A stretch of DNA of 62,384 bases from a virus (lineage: Duplodnaviria; Caudoviricetes). Where the stretch lies: IMG/VR virus record IMGVR_UViG_3300028194_000282, positions 1 through 62,384 of that record. One strand, 5' to 3'. Every line of letters starts with the position of its first letter. Within the stretch, counting starts at the first letter, position 1. Positions 31,486-40,792 of the stretch are shown in pieces. The notes under the pieces are model-generated. The model was given only the letters and a program-made list of their open reading frames with translations, did not search any database and was not told where the DNA came from. The translations under genes were made by a program, and so were the position numbers.

Positions 31486-32223
31486 TTAATTTAAAAATGC
31501 TTGACCTGAAAAGGCATTCGCAAATGTTATTGTTATGTTACTCTTACTTATATAATCTACGCTTCCGTAAACTGTTTCTCCTGCTGAATCAACAACAGAC
31601 ACTGATGCGAATTTATCTAAGCTATGAGTTATATCCCATACTTTCGCTGCCGTTCCTTGATTAAATATTTCTGTTTTATCTCCTCCTGCTGCATTTACAT
31701 CGTACTGCAACAAAGATATGAAATAATCTTTAGTGTTTTCAAGACTACCATTCCCTGTAACATAGGTTAAGCCTATACTGTAAAAAGGAGTTGTAGTTTT
31801 TTGTGAAGATGAATCCCATTTAAAAATACCAAAGGTACTTACGTCAGTTACATCACTAATTAGTACATAAGAGCCTATTAAAGGGTTTGTATAAAAGTTA
31901 GAAATATCATTAGTCTTTCCAAAAGAAGCATACCTTAAAGAGAATGCACTAAAAACTAATGCGTTTATTGCAGAAAAATCTAAATTCCCTGCAGTATCTG
32001 CTTCTAAACTTATCGAACCTTTTTTTCTAGTAATGTCTGTGGCACTTGCTTGATACTTAAATCTTAATGTTTGAGAATCTATTGCTGCATTAAAATTTAA
32101 CCACTCCACAACACTTTCCAAAGAGAAATTTTTGGTTGCCATATTATTATTTGCATCCGAACCAATCCACTTGTCTTGTGGGTTTAAGTTATTATCTATT
32201 GGATATGTGCTTATTCTTGCCAT
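31486..32223 (-). CDS. Structural protein (fibre-attachment-like)
   Basis: 245 aa; promoter box TACCTTTG at 32248-32255. Confidence 0.6.
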   Translation of the reverse strand: MARISTYPIDNNLNPQDKWIGSDANNNMATKNFSLESVVEWLNFNAAIDSQTLRFKYQASATDITRKKGSISLEADTAGNLDFSAINALVFSAFSLRYASFGKTNDISNFYTNPLIGSYVLISDVTDVSTFGIFKWDSSSQKTTTPFYSIGLTYVTGNGSLENTKDYFISLLQYDVNAAGGDKTEIFNQGTAAKVWDITHSLDKFASVSVVDSAGETVYGSVDYISKSNITITFANAFSGQAFLN

Positions 32224-32272
32224 TTACTTGAGTTATTTTATATCCTACAAAGGTAAAGAAAATATTTGACGA

Positions 32273-32668
32273 TTATTTTTTAGTCTCCGAATAAGAATTC
32301 ATCATTTTTTCTCCTGTACGTCCTATAACATATCCACCTATACCTATTTGTAAAAGATTCCAAAACTCATTTTCTAGTTCAGGAATAGTTAACCCAAATA
32401 CAGGTGCTAAAAATTTTACATAGATAACTATAAAACCAAAAGCTAACATTAAAATTGGTCTCCAACTTCTTTGAAGCCAATTACCTTTTGCTTCAGTAAC
32501 TATGATTTCAGTTTGCATCTTTTGTAGTTCTAATTGTTTTTGAACTAAAATCTGCTTTATAACATTTTCTGCTTTTATTTTCTCTTCTTTAGATGTGAAG
32601 AGATTATCGAGACCTCCGAGTAAATCTTTTACTACGCTGCCTCCGAACCAATCAATTATTTTTTTCAT
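32273..32668 (-). CDS. Holin-like membrane protein (3TM type)
   Basis: WLQRSWRP followed by TM segments, GGYVIGRTGEK; adjacent to the amidase. Confidence 0.7.
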   Translation of the reverse strand: MKKIIDWFGGSVVKDLLGGLDNLFTSKEEKIKAENVIKQILVQKQLELQKMQTEIIVTEAKGNWLQRSWRPILMLAFGFIVIYVKFLAPVFGLTIPELENEFWNLLQIGIGGYVIGRTGEKMMNSYSETKK

Positions 32669-33089
32669 ATTCCATTTCGCTTATATAGCAATACTCTTCA
32701 GTAGCATCAAAGCTAGGACAAGCTTTGTTGGCAAAATCTCTATGACCGTGCACGATACTTTCTGTGTGTATGGCTTTTAATGTTAAAAGTAGAGCATCTA
32801 AACTTTCTATTTGTTTAGCAGTCCTTGTATCTTTTGGTGTTTTGCCGTCTTGTTCTACCCCCCCTATATAACAAATTCCCAAACTGCTTTTATTGTATTG
32901 TCTACAATGAGCACCGGGAACATTATCTTCTCTTCCTTTTTTTATACTACCATCTAGATAGATGATATAGTGGTATCCAACATCTCTCCATCCACGACCA
33001 CTAACGTGCCAATCTCTTATAGTATCTATTGTAATATGCTGACCTTCTCTAGTAGCAGAACAATGAACTATAAGTTTATCAATCTTCAT
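32652..33089 (-). CDS. N-acetylmuramoyl-L-alanine amidase (T7 lysozyme-like endolysin)
   Basis: IVHCSAT, GWRDVGYHY, GAHC, GICYIGG, GHRDF, KACPSF. Confidence 0.92.
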   Translation of the reverse strand: MKIDKLIVHCSATREGQHITIDTIRDWHVSGRGWRDVGYHYIIYLDGSIKKGREDNVPGAHCRQYNKSSLGICYIGGVEQDGKTPKDTRTAKQIESLDALLLTLKAIHTESIVHGHRDFANKACPSFDATEEYCYISEMEYEKNN

Positions 33090-33240
33090 TTTTTTTAGAA
33101 TTTTTGTTTAACAACCACCATCGTTGGGCAGTGTAACCAATACTGAAAACAAGAAGCGTGATTTTTAAAATCATATCGATATGCGACATTGATATCGCAA
33201 GGGCACTTACATTTAGTAAGTACATTTTAATGTCTCCCAT
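33079..33240 (-). CDS. Small membrane protein (holin-like, 53 aa)
   Basis: MGDIKMYLLNVSALAIS...ILKITLLVFSIGYTAQRWW; overlaps the amidase start. Confidence 0.6.
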   Translation of the reverse strand: MGDIKMYLLNVSALAISMSHIDMILKITLLVFSIGYTAQRWWLLNKNSKKNED

Positions 33241-33358
33241 CCAATTATTCACCATCTGTATAATTGTACACTATATTCACCTTATCTCCTAATGTAGAAG
33301 TTGTTGTCCAATATTCTTTCATATTCTAATTGTTATCCCGATTGTTAATGTTTTCATA

Positions 33359-33856
33359 TTACCAAAGTGCTACTATATCTTTTGCTGCAGTACCTGTACT
33401 CCAAATTTTCTTTACTTGAACAGGAAAGAATCCTACAGGAACACTTTTAAATACAACCTTTTCATCTCCTGTAATAGTATCTAATGTTAAATCACCTGAA
33501 GTACCTATATATAAAACACAACCATTGTTTGCATCTTGATAGTTTGTAACGGAACTTGCAGAGTATAAAATGTAATCTTCTTGACCACCTACATTTAAAA
33601 AGATGTTAGCATTAAGTTTTAATGTTACACTATCAACTACATCAAGAACAGTAGCAGCAGCACCCGTTGTCATATTGTATACTATATCACCGGCATAAGC
33701 AGTCTTAGTAAAAGCTGCTCCGGCTTCTGCGATTAATTGGTTTGGTGCAATTGAATCACTCTTACCTTTTGAGGCTACAGATGTATAAGGAATGTTTGCG
33801 TTGTCGGATGGCAATATGTTTAAAGCCTGATATCCTTGTGTTTTTTGATATGCCAT
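33359..33856 (-). CDS. Putative structural protein
   Basis: 165 aa ending PVQVKKIWSTGTAAKDIVALW. Confidence 0.65.
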   Translation of the reverse strand: MAYQKTQGYQALNILPSDNANIPYTSVASKGKSDSIAPNQLIAEAGAAFTKTAYAGDIVYNMTTGAAATVLDVVDSVTLKLNANIFLNVGGQEDYILYSASSVTNYQDANNGCVLYIGTSGDLTLDTITGDEKVVFKSVPVGFFPVQVKKIWSTGTAAKDIVALW

Positions 33857-33864
33857 ATTATTTA

Positions 33865-34035
33865 TTATTTATAAGGTACTGCTTTGTTCAGTGCCTCTTT
33901 TCTTTTTGAGCAACCACATTCGGTTCCTGTTACCTCTGCCACTTTGTCAACAACGGCTTTTATCCCCGTTGCTTTAGTGATTTTTTCTATTGTATCACCT
34001 AAACCTTTTGACTTATAGGTAAACTCAGCTTTCAT
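33865..34035 (-). CDS. Small protein with CGC motif (56 aa)
   Basis: SKGLGDTIEKITKATGIK...ECGCSKRKEALN; translated by eye. Confidence 0.7.
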   Translation of the reverse strand: MKAEFTYKSKGLGDTIEKITKATGIKAVVDKVAEVTGTECGCSKRKEALNKAVPYK

Positions 34036-34172
34036 TATTTACAGGTACATAGTTTATTAGGACAGTCTTCAACTTTAAACATAGCTTTTGCTACGAGCCA
34101 ATTCCATCCACATTGAAACTTACACCAAACAGATTGCATCCACAAACCGATTTTTACTAAAAGTCGTCCCAT
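34035..34172 (-). CDS. Small Cys/Trp-rich protein (45 aa)
   Basis: Start/stop overlaps (TAATG) on both sides. Confidence 0.55.
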   Translation of the reverse strand: MGRLLVKIGLWMQSVWCKFQCGWNWLVAKAMFKVEDCPNKLCTCK

Positions 34173-34372
34173 TAAAAGTTATGTTTTACAACTTTTAAAT
34201 TGTTGTGATGATAGCATCCTTGTGCAGAACCACTGTTTCCTGAGTAAGCTTTTTTACCCATTGCCTTTTCCATTCCTTTAGACTCGTTTCTACGAGACTT
34301 AAGTGATTGAGATTTTTTTCCGTTTCTTGCTCCTAATGACTCATCGAGTCTAGAGTTATATCCTTGTGCCAT
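34172..34372 (-). CDS. Small basic protein
   Basis: 66 aa, K/R-rich; promoter box at 34401-34408. Confidence 0.65.
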   Translation of the reverse strand: MAQGYNSRLDESLGARNGKKSQSLKSRRNESKGMEKAMGKKAYSGNSGSAQGCYHHNNLKVVKHNF

Positions 34373-34422
34373 TGTTTATGTTTTACAATTATTTATTTTA
34401 CAAATATACAAATATTTTTTTT

Positions 34423-34695
34423 CTATTTTCTTGACTTGGCTCCTGAACACTTCCAACGCTTTCTTGATAAATTGTTTGGTGTGTTAGGGTCGTTTCTTTT
34501 TTTAGCTGATAATCTTTTTTTAATACCTAAGCTTCTAGCACAATAGCTATCACCTTTAGATGTTCCCGGTCTTACTCTAGGTCCACCTCCTTTAGCTTTG
34601 CCTGCTTGACCATAGCTAACTTTTTTACCACTAGCAGTAATCTTAACCTTAGCCTTACCTCTTCTAGGTTTTGACATTCTAGTTTTACCTGCCAT
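34423..34695 (-). CDS. Small highly basic protein
   Basis: 90 aa; KKVSYGQAG...GDSYCARS...SRKRWKC. Confidence 0.7.
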   Translation of the reverse strand: MAGKTRMSKPRRGKAKVKITASGKKVSYGQAGKAKGGGPRVRPGTSKGDSYCARSLGIKKRLSAKKRNDPNTPNNLSRKRWKCSGAKSRK

Positions 34696-34826
34696 TACTT
34701 TTTCTTCTTTGGCTTTGTATTTGAGTAACCTGCTTTTTTCAATGCATTATGTTGTGCCATTGTTTGTGCCACTTTTACCCTGCCTGACTTATTGTACATA
34801 TTATGTACTGTGAATTTTTTTGCCAT
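34695..34826 (-). CDS. Small basic protein (43 aa)
   Basis: MAKKFTVHNMY...PKKKK; TAATG coupling. Confidence 0.6.
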   Translation of the reverse strand: MAKKFTVHNMYNKSGRVKVAQTMAQHNALKKAGYSNTKPKKKK

Positions 34827-34966
34827 TACTTTTTATTTTTAGGTAGTGATTTAATTTTTCCATTTGTTGTTCTTGCATACCTATGTGTTTTGGTTTCCTT
34901 ACTTGGTATTAATGTACCACTATAAGATTTACCTCCCCACTTCCAAGTTACCTTTCTTCCTGCCAT
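34826..34966 (-). CDS. Small basic protein (46 aa)
   Basis: MAGRKVTWKWGGKSYSG...; TAATG coupling. Confidence 0.6.
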   Translation of the reverse strand: MAGRKVTWKWGGKSYSGTLIPSKETKTHRYARTTNGKIKSLPKNKK

Positions 34967-34968
34967 AA

Positions 34969-35292
34969 TTATGAGAGTCTATTGTTTTTTTTCTTTAACC
35001 TTCTTTTTTTATTGACTTTAGATAGCATAGACCCACCAAAGGCTAGTATACTATTCCTTTTACCGGGAGTTGTATTGTTAGTTGTGGTTGGTTTTGTTTT
35101 TGGTTTTTTTACCGGAGGAGGAGGAGGTGTAGTTGTAGTTGTTTTTTTCTTCTTATTAAGATTAGCAACAGTACCTGTACTAGCAGTTCCATCCTTATAA
35201 ACATTACTGTCTTTTTGTTCGTTCTGTCTTTTTTTCTTAGCTTTCGCTTGACAGTCTTTTAACTTTTGTCCGGTAAGTCCTTTGCAACTCAT
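34969..35292 (-). CDS. Low-complexity basic protein
   Basis: 107 aa with K, T and P runs. Confidence 0.6.
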   Translation of the reverse strand: MSCKGLTGQKLKDCQAKAKKKRQNEQKDSNVYKDGTASTGTVANLNKKKKTTTTTPPPPPVKKPKTKPTTTNNTTPGKRNSILAFGGSMLSKVNKKRRLKKKNNRLS

Positions 35293-35308
35293 TGTCTATT
35301 TGTTTTGT

Positions 35309-35327
35309 TATCTTTGTTACAAAGATA
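35309..35327. promoter_or_regulatory. Face-to-face -7 promoter boxes TATCTTTG-TTA-CAAAGATA
   Basis: Inverted pair of consensus boxes between divergent genes. Confidence 0.65.
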
Positions 35328-35341
35328 TTAAATTTAATTGA

Positions 35342-35773
35342 ATGGTAGATTATCTAAAATATTGGAGAGTAATCCGTTATTTTATCAAACAAAAATATGG
35401 CTTAACTCAAGCTGAGTTAGAGATGCTTCTCTTCTTGAGAAGTGAAAAATATTTTTCTAAAGATGACTTTGATGAGTTTGATGAATTGCTTAGTTGGAAC
35501 AAAAATAGATTTGAAAAACTAAGACAAGAAGGATGGATTGAAGTGTTTAGAAAAAAAGAAGGTAAGCGTAGGGTTGTATATCAATTGTCATACAAAGCAC
35601 AAAGAATGATAACAACCTTGTATAAAAAATTAGAGGGCGAAGAAATACCTGAAAGTAAATCTTCAAACCCTCTGTTCTTAAAAAACGTAAGCTATACCGA
35701 TAAAGTATATAGAAACTTTATATTAAAGTTGAATCAATCTATTCGACAACTACAACATCTCTCTCAGAGATAA
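35342..35773 (+). CDS. Winged-helix (MarR-like) DNA-binding protein
   Basis: YGLTQAELEMLLFL...FEKLRQEGWIEV...YQLSYKA pattern; the only plus-strand gene in the late arm. Confidence 0.6.
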   Translation: MVDYLKYWRVIRYFIKQKYGLTQAELEMLLFLRSEKYFSKDDFDEFDELLSWNKNRFEKLRQEGWIEVFRKKEGKRRVVYQLSYKAQRMITTLYKKLEGEEIPESKSSNPLFLKNVSYTDKVYRNFILKLNQSIRQLQHLSQR

Positions 35774-35996
35774 CAGTGTATTGTTGTTCTTTAATAATCA
35801 TAGTGTATCCTGCTCTAGTATCATAATAGATTATATCACCTGAATCAATTACCGTTACATCTGTTCCGGGTTTTATTACTTCAGCTTTTTTATACCTAAT
35901 GTCTTTTACATCATCAGCAGAAAGTAATAAGCCTGATTCAGTCTTAACTTCTTCTTTAATTTGTTTTACTAGAATATATTTTCCTATTGGTTTCAT
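35739..35996 (-). CDS. groES: Co-chaperonin GroES
   Basis: MKPIGKYILV...KTESGLLL...GDIIYY...ISERDVV. Confidence 0.85.
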   Translation of the reverse strand: MKPIGKYILVKQIKEEVKTESGLLLSADDVKDIRYKKAEVIKPGTDVTVIDSGDIIYYDTRAGYTMIIKEQQYTVISERDVVVVE

Positions 35997-37585
35997 TTGT
36001 CTTCGTATGTTCTTGCCATAGTAATGATAGCGTTAGTAGATAATAGAGTAACTGCAACCGACACTGCGTTTTGTAAAGCACATCTTGTTACTTTTAATGG
36101 GTCTATAATACCCATCTTGTACATATTGCCATACACACCTGCCTTAACATCATAGCCTTGGTCTGCAAGTACTAAGTTTTGACCTGTAATTTCTTGTGGG
36201 TCTTTCCCTGCGTTTCTTATAATTTGATAGATTGGTGCTTTTAATGCTTCGTGCATCATATATAAAGCCATTCCTTTAGCACCTTCTTTTAACACAGGCA
36301 TTTTAGTTCCTTCATTGAATAAAGCAAGTCCACCTCCCACAACTATTCCTTCTTCTAAAGCTGAACGTACTGCACATACTGCATCGTCAACTCTATCATA
36401 TAGTTCTTTTTGTTCTAGGTCTGTATTACCTCCCACATATATTACACCTACACCACCATTTAAGGAAGCTATACGACTTAATATAAACTCTTTATCTTCT
36501 TTTTGCTTAGTGTTTTCTAAAGCTTCTCTTAATTCAGATACTCTTTCCTTTACCAACAAGACATCTTCCTCGACATCTTTTATAATAACAGTAGAGGCAC
36601 GACCAACTATAACTTTAGAGCAATGACCTAAATCTCTTTCTGTCATTAAACTCAAATCATCTCCTGTTTTCTCAGAGAAATATGTTGCACCTAAACTAAT
36701 TGCAATGTCCTGCATTAACTCGTGAGACTTATATCCAAACGATGGGACACCAATGCAACATACCTTTAACCCGTTTTTCATAACATTGGCTGCTAATGTA
36801 TTAACTACATTGCTTGATACCGGTGCTATGATAAGTAGTTTCTTATGGTCTTGTATAATAGGCTTTAATACATTTTCAATGTTTAATAGGTTTTCTATTG
36901 GAGCATCACATACCAATACATAGCAATCCTCTAAAACACATTCATCTTTCTTTTGGTCATTAACAAACAAAGGAGATTCATAACCTCTTTCAATTTTTAA
37001 TCCGTTTGTAGTTTCATAATAAGTCTTAGAAGTCTCAGACTTGTCAACTGCAACGATACCGTCCTTACCAACCTTTTCATAAACCTTTGCGATTATATCG
37101 CCAATGAAAGAATCATTGTTTGCAGAAATAGATGCTACGTTCTTTAGTGTCTTTGAAGACACTTTTTTAGAATGCTTCTTTAAGTTCTTTACTACCTCAT
37201 CAGTTAGTGTGACAAGTTCTCTAAGTACCTCTGTCTTATTTTCGTCTAAATCCCTACCTGCGTTGACTAACGCTTCGGTTAAAACAATTGCAGTTGTTGT
37301 TCCATCTCCTGCTTGTGTTGCAGTTCTATCGGCTGCCTCTTTCATTATTCTTACTGCTAAGTTCTCTACAGGGTCTAACAATGAAACAGATTTAGCTACA
37401 GTTACTCCATCTTTGGTAACCGTGATTCCGTGTGTGTGCTGAGGTGATTCTATTAAGACTGTTTGTCCTGCAGGTCCAAGTGTTGACTTAACTGCTTTTG
37501 CTATTGTTTCTATTCCGTTATAAAGCTTACTTCTTCCGGATTTGTCAAACAATAAATTCTTAGGTGTGTATCCTATTTCCGACAT
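35993..37585 (-). CDS. groEL: Chaperonin GroEL
   Basis: STLGPAG, TKDGVTVAK, AGDGTTTA, GIVVGGG, GIIDP.KV; start at MSEIGY; promoter box at 37609-37616. Confidence 0.95.
   Translation of the reverse strand: MSEIGYTPKNLLFDKSGRSKLYNGIETIAKAVKSTLGPAGQTVLIESPQHTHGITVTKDGVTVAKSVSLLDPVENLAVRIMKEAADRTATQAGDGTTTAIVLTEALVNAGRDLDENKTEVLRELVTLTDEVVKNLKKHSKKVSSKTLKNVASISANNDSFIGDIIAKVYEKVGKDGIVAVDKSETSKTYYETTNGLKIERGYESPLFVNDQKKDECVLEDCYVLVCDAPIENLLNIENVLKPIIQDHKKLLIIAPVSSNVVNTLAANVMKNGLKVCCIGVPSFGYKSHELMQDIAISLGATYFSEKTGDDLSLMTERDLGHCSKVIVGRASTVIIKDVEEDVLLVKERVSELREALENTKQKEDKEFILSRIASLNGGVGVIYVGGNTDLEQKELYDRVDDAVCAVRSALEEGIVVGGGLALFNEGTKMPVLKEGAKGMALYMMHEALKAPIYQIIRNAGKDPQEITGQNLVLADQGYDVKAGVYGNMYKMGIIDPLKVTRCALQNAVSVAVTLLSTNAIITMARTYEDK
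37147..37162. repeat. 16-bp motif copy 3 (inside groEL, encodes VSSKT)
   Basis: Exact match. Confidence 0.95.
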
Positions 37586-37639
37586 ATTATATTTAATTAA
37601 AGTTTGAACAAAGATACACATTTTAATTATCTTAGCCTT

Positions 37640-37984
37640 ATGGACTATAACTCTAATTTTGAATACGACCTTGAACTTGGTAAAGTAAAAGAAAAAGAAC
37701 TATATGAAATTTTCTCATATAAAAAGATTGAAGTAAAAACTGACTTCAAAGCAAATGAAACAGGTAATGTATTTATTGAATATGAAAGCCGAGGGAAAAA
37801 AAGTGGTATAGCTACAAGCCTAGCAGATTATTATTGTATTGCTATTGAGAATTCATTTCATATAATGAAGCCTGAACTGTTAAAGGAAAAATGCAGGAAG
37901 TATTTAGGAACTAAAAGAGATGTCCTTGGTGGAGACAACAATACATCTAAAGGAATATTATTACCGGTTATTGAACTTGTTTAA
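37640..37984 (+). CDS. PD-(D/E)XK-fold nuclease-like protein
   Basis: IEVKTD...TGNVFIEYESRGK.SGI..S.ADYY. Confidence 0.6.
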   Translation: MDYNSNFEYDLELGKVKEKELYEIFSYKKIEVKTDFKANETGNVFIEYESRGKKSGIATSLADYYCIAIENSFHIMKPELLKEKCRKYLGTKRDVLGGDNNTSKGILLPVIELV

Positions 37985-38281
37985 CTATAGTCTAAATCGT
38001 AATGTTAGAATTACGCTATTCACTGCTCCTATACTACTACTACTAATATACTACTGCAAATAAATCGTTACGGAAAGTTTGCTTTTGAAATTAACATAAT
38101 CAACATTCTTATTTTATTATTCTAATTATCAGACTATTAACTTTTTAATAATTAACATAATATTAAAATCTATATGTTGTTTTATAACATTCTTCTATAT
38201 TGGAATAGAAAAGTATTGAACGATTAATATATTTAGACGAGAATTAATCAGAATATCTCTGACGATAATTAGACGGGAAAT

Positions 38282-38355
38282 GCACCTATAGCTTAATTGG
38301 ATAAAGCAACTGCCTTCTAAGCAGTAGAGTCTAGGTTCGATTCCTAGTAGGTGTA
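38282..38355 (+). tRNA. tRNA-Arg(TCT)
   Basis: Acceptor GCACCTA/TAGGTGT, anticodon arm ACTGC-CTTCTAA-GCAGT, T-arm CTAGG-TTCGATT-CCTAG; CCA not encoded. Confidence 0.95.
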
Positions 38356-38356
38356 C

Positions 38357-38387
38357 AAAAAAAAGGGACGGTAATCAGCCGTCCCTT
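38357..38387 (-). terminator. Intrinsic terminator (possibly bidirectional)
   Basis: AAGGGACGG/CCGTCCCTT stem next to an A8 run. Confidence 0.75.
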
Positions 38388-38413
38388 ATCAATCAAATCA
38401 AATCAACTAAAAT

Positions 38414-38608
38414 CTACATTCTGTAGAAACCTTTTCTGCCTTCAGCTAGTTCGATTCCGTCAGCAATCATATCTACCTTCTTTGCTCTATGCATCATCTT
38501 TCTAACTCGTGATGCCTGTTCTAATCCTGACACACCTTGAGGTCTGTCATTTATAAGGCGACCCTTCTCAACTCGAAGTCCACCCATACTTTGATATTTC
38601 ATTTCCAT
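38414..38608 (-). CDS. Hypothetical protein
   Basis: 64 aa, with promoter box at 38632-38639 and its own terminator. Confidence 0.7.
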   Translation of the reverse strand: MEMKYQSMGGLRVEKGRLINDRPQGVSGLEQASRVRKMMHRAKKVDMIADGIELAEGRKGFYRM

Positions 38609-38896
38609 ATCTAAATCTTTTTGTTATACGACAAAGATAATAAAATTTTATTAGATATTTAGAACCAACGGGTTCTATGGCATCTCACGGCAGCCTACCC
38701 CAAAACAAAAGTGATTTTTTTTTCTTCAGCCGAAAAACTTTTCATTCCTGCATCCGGATTTTTTTAGCTTTTTATTTTACCCGTCACTGCCACCGGTCTG
38801 CACCGGTGCAGTTCTTCCTATGTCCATACGCATCAGTAGTTCGTTTGACCTTTGACCTTCCCTCTTCCCCTCTTCCCTTCCCCTAGTTACTATGTA

Positions 38897-38912
38897 ATGT
38901 CTTTGAAGACAC
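38897..38912. repeat. 16-bp motif copy 4 (15/16 match)
   Basis: ATGTCTTTGAAGACAC in the strand-switch region. Confidence 0.9.
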
Positions 38913-39047
38913 AAAGAGACTTTGCTTAACCTATGGTCGGTAGTTTTATACCATAAACAAAACGTAGTAAGTTCAGCGATAAAATGAGAGCGAATTAATT
39001 AGTAAAAGATTATTCTTTATTTAGACTAATATTAGACTTAAATTGTG

Positions 39048-39055
39048 TATATTTG
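39048..39055 (+). promoter_or_regulatory. Early promoter -7 box TATATTTG
   Basis: Consensus match upstream of the first plus-strand early gene. Confidence 0.6.
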
Positions 39056-39139
39056 TTTCAGAAAGGGAGAGTAAAACATAGAATCTTCCTCTAAGTGACT
39101 GAGAGTCAGTCAATTAACTTAATTTAATTAACAAATACA

Positions 39140-39781
39140 ATGGAATTACTAGCAATCGAAAATGCATTCTTACAATCCTCAGCGATTAAAGATGCATTAA
39201 AACTAAACGAAGTGAAACGTGTTCAGCGTTCAATCAACAATGCTCACAAGAGCAAATTCAATCATACTACTACACTATCCAAGTTAATTGGGGAAGCAGT
39301 TCAATGGTTTGAAAGTGAAGAGGGAAAGTCAAAATTTGCAGAAGAGGGAATCGAATGGAGCAAAGCAGAATTTGGTGCAAAGACTTTCGGTTATCAAAAA
39401 TCATTCTTCTACAAGCTAATCAAGGTGGCTAACCTAGACCAACGAATAGTAGATGCATTCAACGCAAAATGTGATGCAATCGGAACAGATGCAAATCGCT
39501 CAATTGCCGGTTTATTAGATTTCTCTAGAACAATTGACCTAGACAACTTAGATGTAAGTGAAGATGCAACAGAAGAAGAAATTGTAGAAGCAGAAAACGA
39601 AGCTATCGAAAATGCTGAAGTAGAGCAAGAGAGAGTTAACTACACATTTGTAATGACATACAAAAATCCTCAAGGAAACAATCTATCAGTTAGAATAGAT
39701 GACCAAGGTAATGTGTCCGGTAACAATCTAGAAGAGATAGCAAACGCAATTCAATTCTTACAAAATTCAATTAATAATTAA
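39140..39781 (+). CDS. Early hypothetical protein
   Basis: 213-aa ORF with an acidic linker. Confidence 0.8.
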   Translation: MELLAIENAFLQSSAIKDALKLNEVKRVQRSINNAHKSKFNHTTTLSKLIGEAVQWFESEEGKSKFAEEGIEWSKAEFGAKTFGYQKSFFYKLIKVANLDQRIVDAFNAKCDAIGTDANRSIAGLLDFSRTIDLDNLDVSEDATEEEIVEAENEAIENAEVEQERVNYTFVMTYKNPQGNNLSVRIDDQGNVSGNNLEEIANAIQFLQNSINN

Positions 39782-39783
39782 TA

Positions 39784-39799
39784 GTGTCTTCAAAGACAC
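39784..39799. repeat. 16-bp motif copy 5 (GTGTCTTCAAAGACAC)
   Basis: Exact reverse-complement form; intergenic. Confidence 0.95.
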
Positions 39800-39815
39800 A
39801 AAAAATCCAATCACA

Positions 39816-40766
39816 ATGACAAACGAAATTCAATACACAATCGACAACAGAAGAGATAGAGCAACGATGCAAAGTTACCATCGTTCTCCATCTCCGAAAG
39901 ACCATTCAAAAGGTGCTAAGGATGGCGATATTGCTAACTTAAAATCAGCAAGCAAACGTAATCTAATTACGATAGAGGGAAACACTGAATCGAAGTTCAC
40001 TATCGGAATGGAAGTAGAGAAAGCTAGATTTCAAAGAGGTGCAGTAAAAGAGTATTCTTTATTTGCCGGATTTGAAAGAGATAGTTCTTGTGGCTATGAA
40101 GCTATAACGCATATCTTACCATTGTTACCTAGTGGAAAATGGAGAAACAAAGTATTCAATATGATGTTTGAAGCTAGAAACATTATTGAAGATTCTAAAA
40201 GTCCTAGTGACCTACAATGTGGTGGTCACATTACAATAGGTGTCCAAGGGATGACCGGTGCTGAAGTTATGAAATCAGTTAGGAAAAATATGGGGATTGT
40301 ATATGCATTGTTCTTTAAAAGATTAAACAATGGATATTGCAGAAGTAACTTAACTATGCTTGACAAGAACGAAGTTCAAGGTAGTGATATGATGAACGGA
40401 TTCGGTAGGTATTCAGCAGTGCTAGATAAAGGTGCAACAATCGAGTTTAGATTAGTTAGCAGATTTCAATCGGTAAAGCAGATGATGAGAAGATACGAGT
40501 TAATGTATGAGTTACTTGATTTCTCAATCAACAATCCAAATGGAAGCCACAATGCTTTCCTTAGAAAAGTTACACCAATCATCAAGTCTATGTACAATGG
40601 CGATATGGCTATGGTAGAGCAGAAGTTATCAATGGCTAAATCATTTAGAACAATGATTCTAAAGAATAAGGTTAACCGAGATGTAATTAACTATGTAGAC
40701 CCAATGCGAAGAATGGATGCTCGCAAATGGTACGATAGAGACCTACAAAGGAATGGAAGTAGATAG
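39816..40766 (+). CDS. Putative amidoligase (COOH-NH2 ligase family)
   Basis: IGMEVE, DSSCGYE, CGGHITIG, TIEFR motifs. Confidence 0.7.
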   Translation: MTNEIQYTIDNRRDRATMQSYHRSPSPKDHSKGAKDGDIANLKSASKRNLITIEGNTESKFTIGMEVEKARFQRGAVKEYSLFAGFERDSSCGYEAITHILPLLPSGKWRNKVFNMMFEARNIIEDSKSPSDLQCGGHITIGVQGMTGAEVMKSVRKNMGIVYALFFKRLNNGYCRSNLTMLDKNEVQGSDMMNGFGRYSAVLDKGATIEFRLVSRFQSVKQMMRRYELMYELLDFSINNPNGSHNAFLRKVTPIIKSMYNGDMAMVEQKLSMAKSFRTMILKNKVNRDVINYVDPMRRMDARKWYDRDLQRNGSR

Positions 40767-40792
40767 TCTAACAAGGGAGCAGAGATGCTCCC

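Noticed and set aside
38356-38410. Possible tRNA-associated HDV-like ribozyme after the tRNA
   Set aside because: Only a simple terminator hairpin is visible; no nested pseudoknot
38677-38886. 69-aa plus-strand ORF in the strand-switch region
   Set aside because: Low-complexity, atypical composition; more likely non-coding
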